Shown: one piece after another, positions 1 to 13,398 of the stretch
Position numbering within the stretch: position 1 is the first letter of the stretch
How the letters are laid out: each line of letters starts with the position of its first letter
Source of the DNA: Monocercomonoides exilis PA203
Taxonomy: Eukaryota; Protista; Preaxostyla
DNA: 64,000 bases
Direction of reading: 5' to 3'
Assembly: GCA_001643675.2 (NCBI GenBank)
Contig: LSRY02000015.1
Coordinates: 1,773,936 to 1,837,935, forward strand
Translations under genes and position numbers: made by a program
Notes under the pieces: model-generated
Databases searched by the model: none
What the model was told of the DNA's origin: nothing
Seen by the model: only the letters and a program-made list of their open reading frames with translations

Positions 1-2475
1 GAATCGACCGTGACAGCAGCATTCTCTCCGCTGCCTTCTCTTTCTGCACCGCCTTCGTCTTCTCCTTCATCGAGTCAATACAACACTTCAGCATCTTCTT
101 CTTCTTCGCCTTCTTCTTCGCCTTCTTCTTCGCCTTCTTCCCCATCTTCTTCCTCCTCCTCCTCATCTTCTTCTTCTTCTTTTCTGCTTACATCGCATCA
201 TTTCGCTAATACAGAGCAAGAACAACCAGAAACGGCTTCGGCTATCACTTCAGCCAATTTGCTGATGCCGCCAAATGTTCCTTCGCCTATTTCTTCTGCT
301 TTGCCTCAATCAGCTTCAGCCACTGCGAGCTTTGCCCATCCAACAAACGTTGCTTCATCTCAAGCTGTTCCTCTGGCATCTCCCGCAGAACAGCTACCAA
401 CACTTCATTCTGTTTCATCTTCGCCTTCTTCGACAGCTGCAAGCGGTACTGCCTCCACTTCACAGAATTCTTCACCACAGCCAGCGAAGGCTGAGTTGCC
501 TGGCAATTCGACGGAACAGCCGCAGCAGTCTTCTTCTGATGACAGACAGACAGCAAAAGCAGACAGCCTATCAGCAGAACAATCACATTCAACAACAGCA
601 TCTTCATCATCATCAGCATCTTCTTCTTCTTCTTCTTCTTCTTCTTCTTCTTCTTCTTCTTCTTCTTCTTCTTCAACATCATTAACATCAACATCATCTG
701 ATGATGCTCATCTGAATGAAATGGATTCTCCAATGAGACACTTTCGTGACATGCACCATTCATTCTGGAATGCCGACCACGACGCTCGCCGTCTTCTGAT
801 AGAGGCGAGGATGAACAGGAACCGCCGCCGGCGCAGAAACTGCTTCGGTCTTTCGGAAGAGATGGAGCAGGACTCTGACGACGAGCACGGAAACACAAAG
901 ACAAAAGGGGAGGATGCGAAGGTTGCGTCACCGTCCAACAGAGAAAGAGGGCAGACGAGCAGCCTGCTGGATGAGGATGAAGATGGAGATGGGGCTGCAA
1001 GTAATGCACACAGCAGGAGAACAGAAGAAATCCCTTTCAGAAGAAGATTCAGCACTCATCTGCGCTCTCAGCCGCATCCGCAATCGCATCATACAAACAG
1101 AACTTCACCGCCGCTGTCGTTTTCTCGCCCAATTTCTCATTTGTATGATTCGCTTCACCGACTGCATCAGAGCGAAAGGGGAAGCCGCCTGCTATCGTTC
1201 CGTTCTTTGCCACAAATGAGAAGGTCGAATGAAGATGACGATGGACGATTGATGGAAGAGGAGCAAGACAGAGATGACAAAGAAGGCAAAGAAGGCAAAG
1301 AAGGCAAAGATGAGGAGTTATCTGATGATTACTGGAACGACTATGATTTGGATGCGAGTGTGGCGAATGCGCTTGACGAAAGCTCGGACGACGAGCTTCC
1401 GCCAGACAGCAGCAGCCATCTACGTGGAGGTAGGTCATCACACCACATTCTGTCTATTCTTGACTATCTGCTGGCAGAGCGGAAGGTTTCAGAGCAGCAG
1501 CAGGAGCAGATGCGGCAGTGCATTGTGCTTCTGAATCGGCAGCTGAGTGAAGTTGAGGCGGATCTGTTTGAAGAGCGGAGGCAGCGGCTGAAGATGGAGC
1601 ACAGGCAGATGAGGCAGAAGAAGCAGCGGCAGGACGCAGTGCAGGCGCAGATAAAGAGTTCTCTGATGCAGCTGGAGATGTCTGAGCAGAGGAGAAGGAG
1701 GGAAAGGCGGATGATGTTTGAGCGGAGGAAAAGATGGGCAAGGGAAGCGAGAGAAAGAAGATGGATGGAAGACCGAAGGAGAAGAACGAAGGCTGTGAGG
1801 AAAAGCAGAGGTGGGCCAAGTGTGACGAGGAGGGTATCTTTGGATCCGTGGGAAGATGCATATGCAGACGAGGATGAAGATGAAGATGAAGATGATGAGA
1901 ATGAGGATGAAGATGGTGCATTTGATAATTACAATGATTTCAACGATTTCAAAGTGTATGGTGATAGCGACAGTGAAAGTGATAGTGACAGCGATGATGA
2001 CGATGATTCCAGCAGTGAAGATGAAGATGACTCTGAAAGTCGGTTTGGGATGAGAACTCATCCATTTTTCTTTAGCTCTTTTGATGACGATGACGATGAT
2101 GATGATGATAATGATAACGACAACAATGTTGATAATGAGAATGGTGGCAATGAAGAGGAGAAGGAAGAACATAATGTTAGCAACGAGTCGAATGAAGATT
2201 CTGCATCAAGAGACTTTTCAGGCAGTTCCAGTCCTCGGAGCGAAAATAGTTTCAAAGACGAACAAAAAGAAATGAAAGAAAAGACAAACAAAGAAGAAGG
2301 AAACGACGACTCACAAGCTGATTCTGATCATCATAATGAAGAGGAAAAAATAGAGAGTGAACAACAAGCAGCATCTTCCTCGTCCGATGCAGATGTCTCA
2401 CTTGAGACAGAAGCAGAACAACAAGATGTGAATGCTCTTGAATCCAAAAGTTCAAATGAGACAAATAATAAATGA
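1..2475 (+). CDS. Hypothetical Ser-rich / Asp-Glu-rich low-complexity protein with central coiled coil; 5'-partial
   Basis: 821-codon ORF whose track start is GTG and which is open to the window edge. Poly-Ser tracts, Q/E/R-rich coiled coil (~1470-1790), acidic tail, TGA at 2473-2475 followed by AT-rich sequence. No recognisable domain. Confidence 0.75.
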   Translation, partial: ESTVTAAFSPLPSLSAPPSSSPSSSQYNTSASSSSSPSSSPSSSPSSPSSSSSSSSSSSSFLLTSHHFANTEQEQPETASAITSANLLMPPNVPSPISSALPQSASATASFAHPTNVASSQAVPLASPAEQLPTLHSVSSSPSSTAASGTASTSQNSSPQPAKAELPGNSTEQPQQSSSDDRQTAKADSLSAEQSHSTTASSSSSASSSSSSSSSSSSSSSSSSSTSLTSTSSDDAHLNEMDSPMRHFRDMHHSFWNADHDARRLLIEARMNRNRRRRRNCFGLSEEMEQDSDDEHGNTKTKGEDAKVASPSNRERGQTSSLLDEDEDGDGAASNAHSRRTEEIPFRRRFSTHLRSQPHPQSHHTNRTSPPLSFSRPISHLYDSLHRLHQSERGSRLLSFRSLPQMRRSNEDDDGRLMEEEQDRDDKEGKEGKEGKDEELSDDYWNDYDLDASVANALDESSDDELPPDSSSHLRGGRSSHHILSILDYLLAERKVSEQQQEQMRQCIVLLNRQLSEVEADLFEERRQRLKMEHRQMRQKKQRQDAVQAQIKSSLMQLEMSEQRRRRERRMMFERRKRWAREARERRWMEDRRRRTKAVRKSRGGPSVTRRVSLDPWEDAYADEDEDEDEDDENEDEDGAFDNYNDFNDFKVYGDSDSESDSDSDDDDDSSSEDEDDSESRFGMRTHPFFFSSFDDDDDDDDDNDNDNNVDNENGGNEEEKEEHNVSNESNEDSASRDFSGSSSPRSENSFKDEQKEMKEKTNKEEGNDDSQADSDHHNEEEKIESEQQAASSSSDADVSLETEAEQQDVNALESKSSNETNNK
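620..673 (+). repeat. (TCT)n trinucleotide microsatellite encoding poly-Ser
   Basis: Directly visible perfect TCT run inside the first CDS. Confidence 0.9.
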
Positions 2476-2848
2476 AGAATAGTCCGCTTTGTGTATTCAG
2501 TGCATCTCATATTCATTCACAATTCATTCTTTTCAAAAAAGTGAAAGAAAAAATATTTGTTGGCGATTATTCTCACATCTTTTTAATATTTTTTTTTTCT
2601 GACTTTTAATAGAAGTAAATGTATCAGTTCACATTTCATCATTGTTTTTGGTCTTACAAAATGTGTTTTTTTATAAATTGGTTCATTGCGCATACATTTT
2701 TATCTTTAATTCTAAACAAATTCATTTCATGTTATTGTTTCAAGTATATAGCTCAAACTTCAAAAGACTTTTTTGTTGAAGAATATTTTTTAATATTGGA
2801 GATTGAAACACTAATTTTTTCCTGCATATGTCTATCCCTTAATTTTTT

Positions 2849-5800
2849 ATGTCTCATCTTCAAAAGCAAACAAATCTTCTTCTGCACCAAAAATGGCTTG
2901 ATGAGAACCAAAAAGATGCGTCGCTTGCTTTTTGGAATCCTTACATATCATTGATGCAGAAAAAGTTTGTATGGTCACTTTTTTAATTAATAAATATATT
3001 TTTCAAAATTAGACCCTCTAATGCATTTGATCCAAAAGTCATCAACCAATTGCCTACACAAAATTCAATTGATCTAATTAATTCAATGAGAAGAATCATT
3101 AAATCAACTGATTTTTCAAGGAAGTATTTAATTTTCGTCTTTTTTGAAAAATTCTTAATGATTTGAATTTATCAACTTTTTAGTCCATTGGATAAGCTTG
3201 TCACTCAACCGATGAAAAATATACAAGTTACAGTTTCGGAAAAATCATCATCTGAAGCTTTTTCGAATTTTTCTGAAAAGAAAGATGGAGAAGCACCTAA
3301 AGTGACCCAATTTGAAAGGCAGAGACAAATAAAATTTGTAAATCCATCATTTCCAGTACATACTTTCTCAAATGCAAATGCTAGCTCTTGTGATTCGTCA
3401 GTCGATGGTCAAAGAGAATTTTCATCTGCAACGTCTTCATTTTCCAAAGCAAATGTTAATCAAGATAATTCTCAATTTTTCAAAAAAAAGTTAACTGCAC
3501 AAATGGAACAAACACAAAAAAAAGAAGTTGATTTTATTGATTTGGCTAGTAAACTTATCACATCACTTGAAATTTTTATTGCTCAAGTGAAATATAAAGA
3601 CGAACCTTCAAGGACTACGAATGCTACAAATACAAATGGAGCGCTAAAAGAAGAATTGAAATATTTTTTGTCAGTTCTTGAAAATGAAGCAGAAGAAAAA
3701 TCCTCAACTTCATCTTCTTCTATCAACACTCCACTTACTCCAAAAAAGAAAGGAAGTCTTTTGCAGCGCCTCAGGCCGACCTCTCCGTCGATATTGCGAA
3801 GGCCATCGTCGCCCACAATATACAACAAAGAGAGCACATCAGCCGGTCTGCTATCTCCTCCAATTGCGATCACTTCATCTGCCAGCTCTTCCCCAGACAT
3901 CCCTATGCCATCCAATCCTGACCCTTCGCAAGTTCTGTCGCAAAATCAATTATCCACTTCATCCTCACATTCGCCTTCATTTCCATATTCATCCTCGTCT
4001 TCTTCTTCATTCACTTCATCAAACTATCCTTCATCGTCTGCCACTTCATCCACATCATCATCGCTGTCATCGCTGTCATCTTCTTCACCATCCCCTTCTC
4101 CATTGCAATCATCTTCCATTTCATCCGCTTCACAGAACTCATTTCATTCATCTCATAATCCATCACCTGATTTCACAGAAGAAGAGAGCAACTACAATCT
4201 TAGCCCAGACACGTCAACTTCTTCTTCTGCTCCTGCTTCTTCTTCGTATTCTTCATCTTATTCTTCTTATTCCTCTACATCTTCTTCATTTCAGCACTCA
4301 TCAAGAACATCTCCTCAAAATGCGTCTTCGAACTTTGAATCTGAGCAGTCAAATGGAAGCACAAACAGCTCATTCAGCAGAAATATGCAGTCGCCTGCAT
4401 ATTCCTTGTATTCATCCATGGCTGAAGCAGACACCAAATTTTCCTTCAAGTCTTCTCAAACACCTCAGTCAACATCCAATTATGCATCCTCTGGAAGCAG
4501 AAGCAATCAGTTTGGTGCACCAATCATGTCGTCTGAATTGGATGTGCAAGAAGAAGGAGGGTATTTTGACATCACGCAGGATTTGACAGGGGTGATGGGT
4601 GCTGTGGATGCAGAGCAAGGGATGTATGGAGAGTATGGAGGATTTGGTGGATATGGAGAAGGAAGAGGAAGAGGAAATTATTCTGGTGCTGGTGTGGGTG
4701 CTGGAGGAGGAAGTGGTGGAGGTGGTGGTTATGGAGAGAATTGGAGTGGAGGAGGAGGGGCAGGAGGAGGAGCAGGAAGGAGAGAAGGAAGCGATGGAAT
4801 GAGTGGAAGTGGAGGAGAATATGGAGGAAGTGCGAACTATTCGTCTTCGTCTGATGAGCCTCCAGTTGACCAGCCTTCGTTTCCGTCGTATCCACCGCCA
4901 CCTGAACTGAAGACAGCCACATTAGGCGCAGATGTGAAGTTGAAGCAGAACATCACAAAATACTCACCAGAGAAGAAGTCACAGGCACAGGCACAGTCTC
5001 AGTCAGGCAGTGCTTCAACACTTGGCACTTCCTCGTCTCAGTCACGCCCTGCCTCTTCTCAGCAGCCCCCTCCACCTGAGAAGAGGTACCCTTGGACAGA
5101 CGAGATGTACCGCCAGTTGCGGAGTGTGTTTGGCCACCGCTCTTTCAGACCCAACCAAGAGGCCATTGTGAATGCAGCACTGTCGCAAAAGGATTGTTTC
5201 GTGCTGATGCCCACAGGAGGAGGCAAGTCACTGTGCTATCAGCTGCCAGCGGTGCTGATGGAAGGCGTGACGATTGTCGTGTCACCACTCATTTCTCTCA
5301 TTCAGGACCAGGTTGAGCAGCTGGCTGCTCTGAATGTACCAGCTGCGTTTCTCAACTCCACACAAGATGCAGATGTCGTACACTCCATCATGTTTGAACT
5401 CGACCAGACACCTCCGCAGATCAAGTTGTTGTATGTGACGCCTGAGAAAGTGGTGCAGAGCTCCCTTTTCTTCCGCAAGCTGCGGTCGCTCAATGAAAAG
5501 GGGCTGCTTTCTCTGATTGTGATTGATGAGGCGCATTGTGTGTCACAGTGGGGGCACGACTTCCGACCAGACTACACAAAACTCAGTGTCTTCAAAGGAG
5601 AGTTTCCGAATGTGCCGCTGATGGCGCTTACAGCCACTGCCTCGCCTGAAGTGCGAGACGACTGCTGCCGCAATTTGGGGCTGACGGTGACAGAAGTGTT
5701 TACGCAGTCGTTCAACAGGGCCAATCTGCATTATGAAGTGAGGAAGAAGCAGAAGGGCACGCTGGAGGAGATTGGGGTGATGATCAAGACGAAGTACAGA

Positions 5801-8800
5801 GAGCAAAGTGGCATTGTTTATTGCCTGTCTAAAAGGGAGTGTGAAGAGGTGGCTGATTATTTGCGGGTCAACCAGCATCTGAAGACTGGGTATTATCACT
5901 CGGCCATGTCGAAGGACGAGAGGCAGCGGGTGCAGCAGGAGTGGACGATGGGGGCGATTCAGGTGATCTGTGCAACAATCGCATTTGGAATGGGGATCAA
6001 CAAGCCTGATGTGCGGTTTGTGATCCACTATGCACTGCCGAAGTCGCTGGAAGGGTACTACCAGGAGAGTGGGAGGGCAGGGCGTGATGGAGCAGAGGCA
6101 GACTGCATTCTCTATTACTGGCCGAAGGACAAACAGAGGATCCATTGGCTGATATCACAGGGAGGGGCAGGGGGTGGGTATGGAGGAGAGCGGATAAGCA
6201 TTGAAAAGGGGGCGTTTGATGTGAATCAGGTGGTGGCGTACTGTGAGAACATGTACACGTGTCGGAGGCAGATGCTGCTGTTCTATTTTGACGAGCAGTT
6301 TGACTCGGGGGAGTGCCATGGGACGTGTGACAACTGCAAACACAGAGGAGAATACATCTGGGAAGAGATCGACTACACTGAAGCAGCCAAGTCCATGCTC
6401 AAGATTGGTGTGCATTTGATGGATTGAATTTGTCTCATTGAATGATTAATTATTGTTTTCTCTTTGTGTAACTCTGATTTTCTTTCTATTTAACTGTTAT
6501 TTCCTTTTATCTTCTCTTCTCTTTTTTATGTTGTACTTCTTTTAGCCAACTCTTCTTCCATTCGTTCGCTCACCGCTGTCCGTCTTGTTGAGCTTTTCCG
6601 AGGAGACGAAGCATCACTTTATGGCACATTTGGGAAGAAGAAAGGCAATTCTCGTCCGATGGCGAAGCCGAACGGCTTTGGCGAAGGAAAAAAGATGAAA
6701 AAAAAAGAAGCAGAGAAGTGTGTTCAGCTGATGGTGCTCAACCAATACCTGAGTGAAGACATCAATGTCACAACAAAGGGCAATGTGCAGGTGATCTTGC
6801 ATGTTGGTGCCTGTGCAGACGAGATTCTTTCAGGCAATGCGCGAATGTCGATGCGAGTGCCTGTGAAGAAGAGAGTGCTGAAAAATGCAGCTGGAAGCAG
6901 CGCAGCAGCAGACGTGAAGGAAAAAGGAGTGGCTGCAGATGGGAAAGGAGGAGATGAGCGGTTTGTGGAAGGAGAAGAGAGCGAAAGCGAAGACGACGAA
7001 AGAGACTCGAACTGGGAAGAGTGGGATGTGGACAAGACGGCCGTGCAGAAGCCCAAGCGAACAACAAGAACACGCGCAAAGGAGAAGCAGCTGGCTGAGC
7101 AGAAGGAAAAGGATGAGCCGAAGCCAAAAGCCAAAGCAAAAGCCAAAGCGAAGGCAAAAGCGCAGAGTTTGATGGATAGATTGTCAGAGAGGACGAACAT
7201 TGGAACGAAAAAGGGAACGGAAAAAGCAAAGAAAGAGAGCAAAGCAGAGGGAAGCACTGGAAGAGGTGCTTTGAAGCAGACGCGGATAGATCTCTATCAA
7301 AATGCAGGGCCAAAGCGAATGAAGACAGAAGAGATGACACAAATTGATCTGTTTGGAAGTCGAACGCAAGCAGAGTCAGCTTCTGCACTTTCTTTGCTGA
7401 AGAGTAGCAGTAATGTTTATGTACAAGAAGATTCTTATCCATCTTCAAAGAGGCCAACAACAGAAGAAATGACACTCAGAGCTGTTGCCAGAGCAGCCAA
7501 TGATGCGAACATATCGAGTCTGCACTTGAGTGACTTTGACTCATCCATCCCAGACATCGACGAAGCTGACTTCGGCTCAGTTGGCAGGGCAGCTTCGATG
7601 GAAGACGAGCATTCGAGTTTGAACAGGGCAGCCAGCAAGATGAATGGGCAAGAGAGACAAAACAGAAATGTGGGAGAGAATGAGGTGAAACGTGAGGGGA
7701 AACAGATGGCAAGCAGAAGTGATCGATATAACCAGATGATGTTTGATGACAAGTCAGGCAGATATGACGAGGTCGTTGGAATGGACGAAGAAGAGAATGT
7801 GTCAGACTATTCAGCATTTGATAATCCTCATTCAAGATCTGACTCACCATATGCTTATGAAACTGAGGTGCCTGAGGACTATCTCGATTCTGTTGCAGTA
7901 TCCGAAGAAAAAGAAGAGCAGGACGATGAAAAACAAGCTGAGAAGGAAGATTTGCTGGTTGGAATGCAAACACAGCTGCCAGCAAGCCGTTCAGCTGATC
8001 AAGCAGCACTCAAACACCTTTCAAAAACTAATTCCTCCTCATCTTCATCATCTTCGTCAATTTCAAATGCAATGAATAAGCAGTCATCCATTTCAGACAC
8101 ATCCCGAAGCGCTTCCCCAGCTCCTGTGAATGCCAACAGAAGGACAGCTCTTTTGGAGGCGCTGACGGCAACGTTGAAGGCGATGGCGCATTTGTCTTCT
8201 CTGGCGCCTCATCAGCTCTGCACTGCATCGCATTTAGAGGCGCTTGTGGACAGCAATGTTTCACAGAAGAGCGACTGGATTGAACTGGAAGGAGCAACAG
8301 AGGCGAAATGGAAGCTGTTTGGGGCTGTTTTGTGCGAGGTGTTCAAGGAAATGAAGGAGAAATGCGACAAATGCGAGGAAAAACACAAGAGAAAAGCAGA
8401 AGAGCAAAAAGAGAAAGCATCAAAGGAAGCAAAAGGTGACACTTTGCAGTCTGATTCTGACGATGAACCGACAAGTTCATCACCTGGAGCATCTTTGTTA
8501 AATCGCAAAATATCTCCGAGAGACTTGTTGAGGTCGAAATTCTCCGCGGCGTCGCTTCAGCAGCAAATGGAAGCAAAACATATGAAGACGAAGCACAGTC
8601 TGCTTCAGCCGCTTCTGTTTGGAGGAAGAAAGAGAGTTGACAGCGGACCATCTCTTGAAGAGTACAGAAGATGCCTCTCGTCGCTGTGTCCGCCAGACAA
8701 AGAGCATCTGATTGAAATCAGGAAGAGTCTGGGGCTTGGTGAGTGGAACACCGCATACAACCCTCCGAAGCAGTCACTAAGAACAACACTTCAACAGACA

Positions 8801-9370
8801 ATGAGATCAGATCAGCAGATGAAGTACCCTCAGACACGAATACAGAGCAGTGTGCCGTATCAGCCTTATCAGTCAAATCAGTCAAATCCGCATTATCAGC
8901 CTTTTCAACAGTTTCAATCTGCTCAGAAGGCACAGCCAACACAACCAGCACAGCCGGCACAGCAGTCGGTTGTGCAGAACACACCTTCACCAACACTTGT
9001 TCCTCCGTCATTTGGAGAAAGTATGAGCACTCCTCGTTCATTCAGAGCAAACTCTTCATTCACTCCCACAAAGAAGACACAGTCAACACCTGCTGTCAGA
9101 AAGGATGATGATGAAGATGATGTCGATGACTATGGGGATGATGATGATGATGACAATAACATTTCTCTGCTGTCAATAACACCTTCATCTGAGAAGGCTG
9201 ATCGCTGTGGCCTTTCACCTCATAAAAATGGCAGCAGGCAGACTTCATTCACTTCACCTTCTCGCACCACAAAACCTTCTTCCACTTCAAATATCTCTTT
9301 GCTGGCACGCTCAAATTTTGAGTCTCAGTATGATGACGCTGATTTTCTTTTTCAGTTAGAAGAAAATTAA
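2849..9370 (+). CDS. BLM: RecQ-family DNA helicase, Sgs1/Rqh1/BLM type; 4 exons (2849-2964, 3013-3123, 3184-6407, 6546-9370)
   Basis: RecQ motifs [73 protein letters not shown]. Zn-binding CRR..LL.YF.E...CHGTCDNC (RQC) and an HRDC-like segment at ~8140-8350. Three GT-AG introns restore one frame. The reconstructed N-terminus [17 protein letters not shown] resembles the Sgs1/Rqh1 NLxxHxxW start. Confidence 0.9.
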
Positions 9371-9600
9371 ATTTGAAAAAGAATTTAATATTTTATAAAT
9401 GTTTATGTTATTGAAAGGATTTTTTTAAGTATTTATTATTTTTAGTTGTTTTTTGAAATATACAATGTTTTATTTAACTTGTTTTATTTATCCGGAAAGT
9501 GAAATAATTTGATTAATGCATATAAATATGGATTAAGAACAAATTCATACAAATGACATTCTGCAATAAACAAAAAATTAAGATTCCCATAATTCACTTC

Positions 9601-12600
9601 ATGAGTTTCTTCAAGAGAAGAAAAGATCCTCCAAAAGAACAGGAGCCACCGAAGGTTCAGCAAAAACTAACTGAACCAAGGGATCCAGAGCTCGATAAGC
9701 AATTTGAGCAAGTGCTTGTATGAGTTTTCTTTTTTCTGTTATATCTTGTTATTGTTTTCGCAGGTGGAGCTTCTTTTTGCTGAGCCGAAAAGAAAGATTA
9801 TGCAAGAAACTATGACCAATGATCAAAAGCGTACGCTTATTAAGCAAACTCAAAATCAAACAAAAACGGAATCTCCAATTGTGTTAATCAGAAATGTTCG
9901 ATCAGATCCAACTTCTAGCTCTATGGAGCGTCTTCATGTTGTTCTAAAACGAGAAGGTGCCACATATTTACAGCAATTTGTTGAAGCAGATGGCTTGCAG
10001 GCTCTTCTTGAAATTACCAATAGATTAACAAGACTTAAGGAGTTTGCTTATAATTTTTATTTGTTCATCATATGTTTTTGCAAAATGTTTTTCCTAGAAA
10101 AAATGTCGATGTCATGAGATGTCTTCAAAATTGCATATTATGCTTCAAGGTTCTTATGAATAATGCCGTGGGACTCAAAGAAGTTGTAAGATTTCCTGGA
10201 ACATTTCGAGAATTAATTATGATATTAAACCCTCCAAAACAATTGTTTGAATTGCTTTGATTGAATATGTTGCTTGAATTTTGTTATTGATTTGAATTTA
10301 TAATTAAAGGAGCTTGTTACAATCATATTATGAAAGTGCATCTGTTGTTCTTGATTTGTTGAGTTGTCTGTGTGTTATGGATGATACAATGATTTATAAT
10401 GCACCTAGGTGTGTAAGCAACTGAACTTCGACGATAAAATTAATGAAATTTTGGAATTATAAATTAACAAAAATACAAAATATTATATGTATTATTTTCA
10501 TAAATAATTGTGATTCTGAATTTAATCCCACAGATATGTGATGGAAGCCATTGATTTCTTCCAGCACACAGTCCGCGAAAAGACTCGATTCCAAACGTTG
10601 GTTGAGTTGTTCTCTGGGCCTCCTCGCAACGTTGTCCAACAGCTGCGTGCTGAAGGGAAAAGCGATCTTCTTGTGCCTCCACCTCCTCCTCCACCAGCAA
10701 AGCCCAAACAGCCTGCAGCCAGCCCAACTTCTGCTCCGCCTGCTACAAAACCACCAACGCAGGGACCTTCACAGCCTCAGTCACAGCCACAAGCTGCTGC
10801 ACAGTCTGCTTCTGGACAGCTCCCTGCCACAAGTGAAGGTGTGACTGATTATTTGAATAAAATTTTATTATTGCTTTGAATATAATCTATTTGTTGTTAT
10901 TGTTTTTTGTGTTGATGTAATCTTTCGATTTCTTTCTAGCAACAGGCAATTCTACTCTCAAAACAGTTTCATTCAACTTTCCTAAGCCGCCCAGCAAGCC
11001 TCCTCCAACAACGCCTGGTCCTCCTCACAGTGCACCTCCACAAGGACCTCCACCTGGACAGCCAGCATCTTCCTCTGCATCTGCTTCAGCCTCAGCAGAT
11101 TCATCCAACAACAATGGATTGGATGCACAGGACATGGAGAATGGATGGACAGATGTGCAGCAGAGTTCAAATTGTATGCTTTGCTCAATTACAAATTTTG
11201 TTCATTTTTTGAATGGTGAATTCATTTTATATGTAATTATTACAATTACTTATGTGTTTATATCATATTCATTATGATTTGTAACATTATTTCTATGCAA
11301 TATTTCTCATTAACATATCTTCCCCTCTTTTTGAAAACAGCATCAGTATTTGTTGTGCCAGATGGCTTCCGATCACAAATTCTGAAGCTGATCAATGCGA
11401 TTCTGCTGAGAACAGACCAGCTGCAGCAGAGAATGCAGATCAGACACGAGCTGAATGAGAACGGATTCCAAGCAGTTCTTGATGTGTGCAAAATGGATTT
11501 TGCTATATTTTTATTTGAACATATTTTTATTTTTTCTTTGTTATTGTCAACAATGTAACATCAATATTTGTTGAATAATGGATATATAACATATTTCCCA
11601 TTTAATAATATGCGAACACTAATATATACCATTATCGCTCCTCTTCCTCCATTTATATATATAGCAACTGGAAGCCAGCCAGCACGAGAACAGCAAAGAT
11701 CTGAACAATCATCTTTCTGTCTATCTCGATGAAATGCGGCTGGACAAAGCAGAAGCAGAAGAGCACTCACTTGTGTTTGGAGATGTGTTTGGCTCATCTG
11801 CTTCGTCTTCCCAGTCAGCCTCGTTCACATCTGCCCTTTCCTTCTACAACACACCTGGCTCTGCTTCTGCTTGGGGCGGCTCAGGTTCGTCAGGAGCAGC
11901 ACCTGCACCTTCGCCGTTTGATCCAGAACAGACACTGAGGGCACTGCTGTTCAGACAGCGGACGAATGAAGGATCAGCATCGAGATTGAACACGATGCTG
12001 CTGGCGCTGATGAAGCTGGATCCGCAGACGAAGATGCTTGTGCTGGCAGAGAAGAAGATCGTACAGTTTGTGGCGAGCATCGAGAAGGAGAAGAAGGAAG
12101 GAGAAGCCGAAAGCAAAGAGGCAGAGAAAGACAAAGACAAAGAAGCAGAGAAGACAGAAGGAGCTTCATCTGCATCTAGTTCAGCTGTGAGTGAAGGAGC
12201 AGGCGAAAAAAGCGGAGCGGCTGAAGGGAAAACGGAGAAGATGAGTGTGATGCAGTCGATGGAGCTGGAAGCGTCGTTTGAAGAGGAGAAGGCGAAGCTT
12301 GTGGAGAAGATGAAGGAGATGGAAGGGACAGCCACGCAAGCGCTGAAGGAGGTGAATGAGATGAAGTTTGTGATGAACGAGATTACGAAGACGCTCACAG
12401 CTGGCAGCACAGGCGAGCAAGGCGTGAGTGTGGTGGAGCAGATCAAGCAGCTGAAGACGAGAGAGACAAAGGCAACACAGGAGAAGGAGAGTCTGGCAAA
12501 GGAGAACGCGAGGCTGCAGAGCGAGAAGGAGAAGGAAGTGAGCGAAGCACTGAAGAGAGAGAAGGAGAAAGAGGAGGAGATAAACGAACTGAAGAAGAAG

Positions 12601-13367
12601 AGGGACGATGAAAAGGAGTCGTTCACAGAGATGGAGAAGAAGGTGTATGTGCTGACAAGCGAGTTGGAGAAGAAGAAGGCTGAGTTGGAAGCGCTGGAGA
12701 AGGAGCACAAAGAGGCAAAGGCGTCTCCAGAGGCAGCGAAAGAGGAGAAGAAGGAAGAGAAGAAGTCAGAAGACGACAAAGAAAAAGAGAAAAAAGAGGC
12801 AGAGGCAGCTGCGTCGGCGTTTGACGAGTCGTTTTGGAAGGACAAGCTGAGCAAAGCAGAAGGAGAAATCGACAAACTGCAGAAAGAGCTGAAGGAGTTG
12901 AAAGAGCAACAGGCAGCTGCAGCTGCGTCTGCTTCGTCTGCCTCTTCTTCTTCTTCTGCTTCTTCTGCTTCTTCTGCTTCTGCTTCATCATCAGCCTCGT
13001 CCTCATCCATCCCTGCTGCTCCTGCACTCCTTGGAGCAGCTTCCATCCCTCCTGCTCCTTCCATTCCGAGTGCCCCTCCACTGCCAGGTGCTTCAACTAT
13101 CCCAGCAGCACCTGCCATCCCATCTGCCCCTCCGCTTCCTGGACAGTCGACTATTCCTGCTGCTCCGTCGATTCCACAAGGTTTGGTGAGGGTACATTTG
13201 TTTGATTTGTTAGTGATTGTGTTAGTGTTATTATGGATTAGTTATAAGTTTTTTAAACAATTTTTGACTTTTTTTTGTTTTGCTTTGTTTTGCTTTGCTT
13301 TGCTTTGTTTTGTTTTGTTTTGTTTTGTTTTGTTTTGTTTTGTTTTGTTTTGTTTTGTTTTGTTTTG

Positions 13368-13398
<31 letters not shown>

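Noticed and set aside
11844-13118. 424-aa minus-strand ORF and many similar long antisense or alternative-frame ORFs over genes
   Set aside because: Shadows of low-complexity, codon-biased sense CDSs; no domain motifs.
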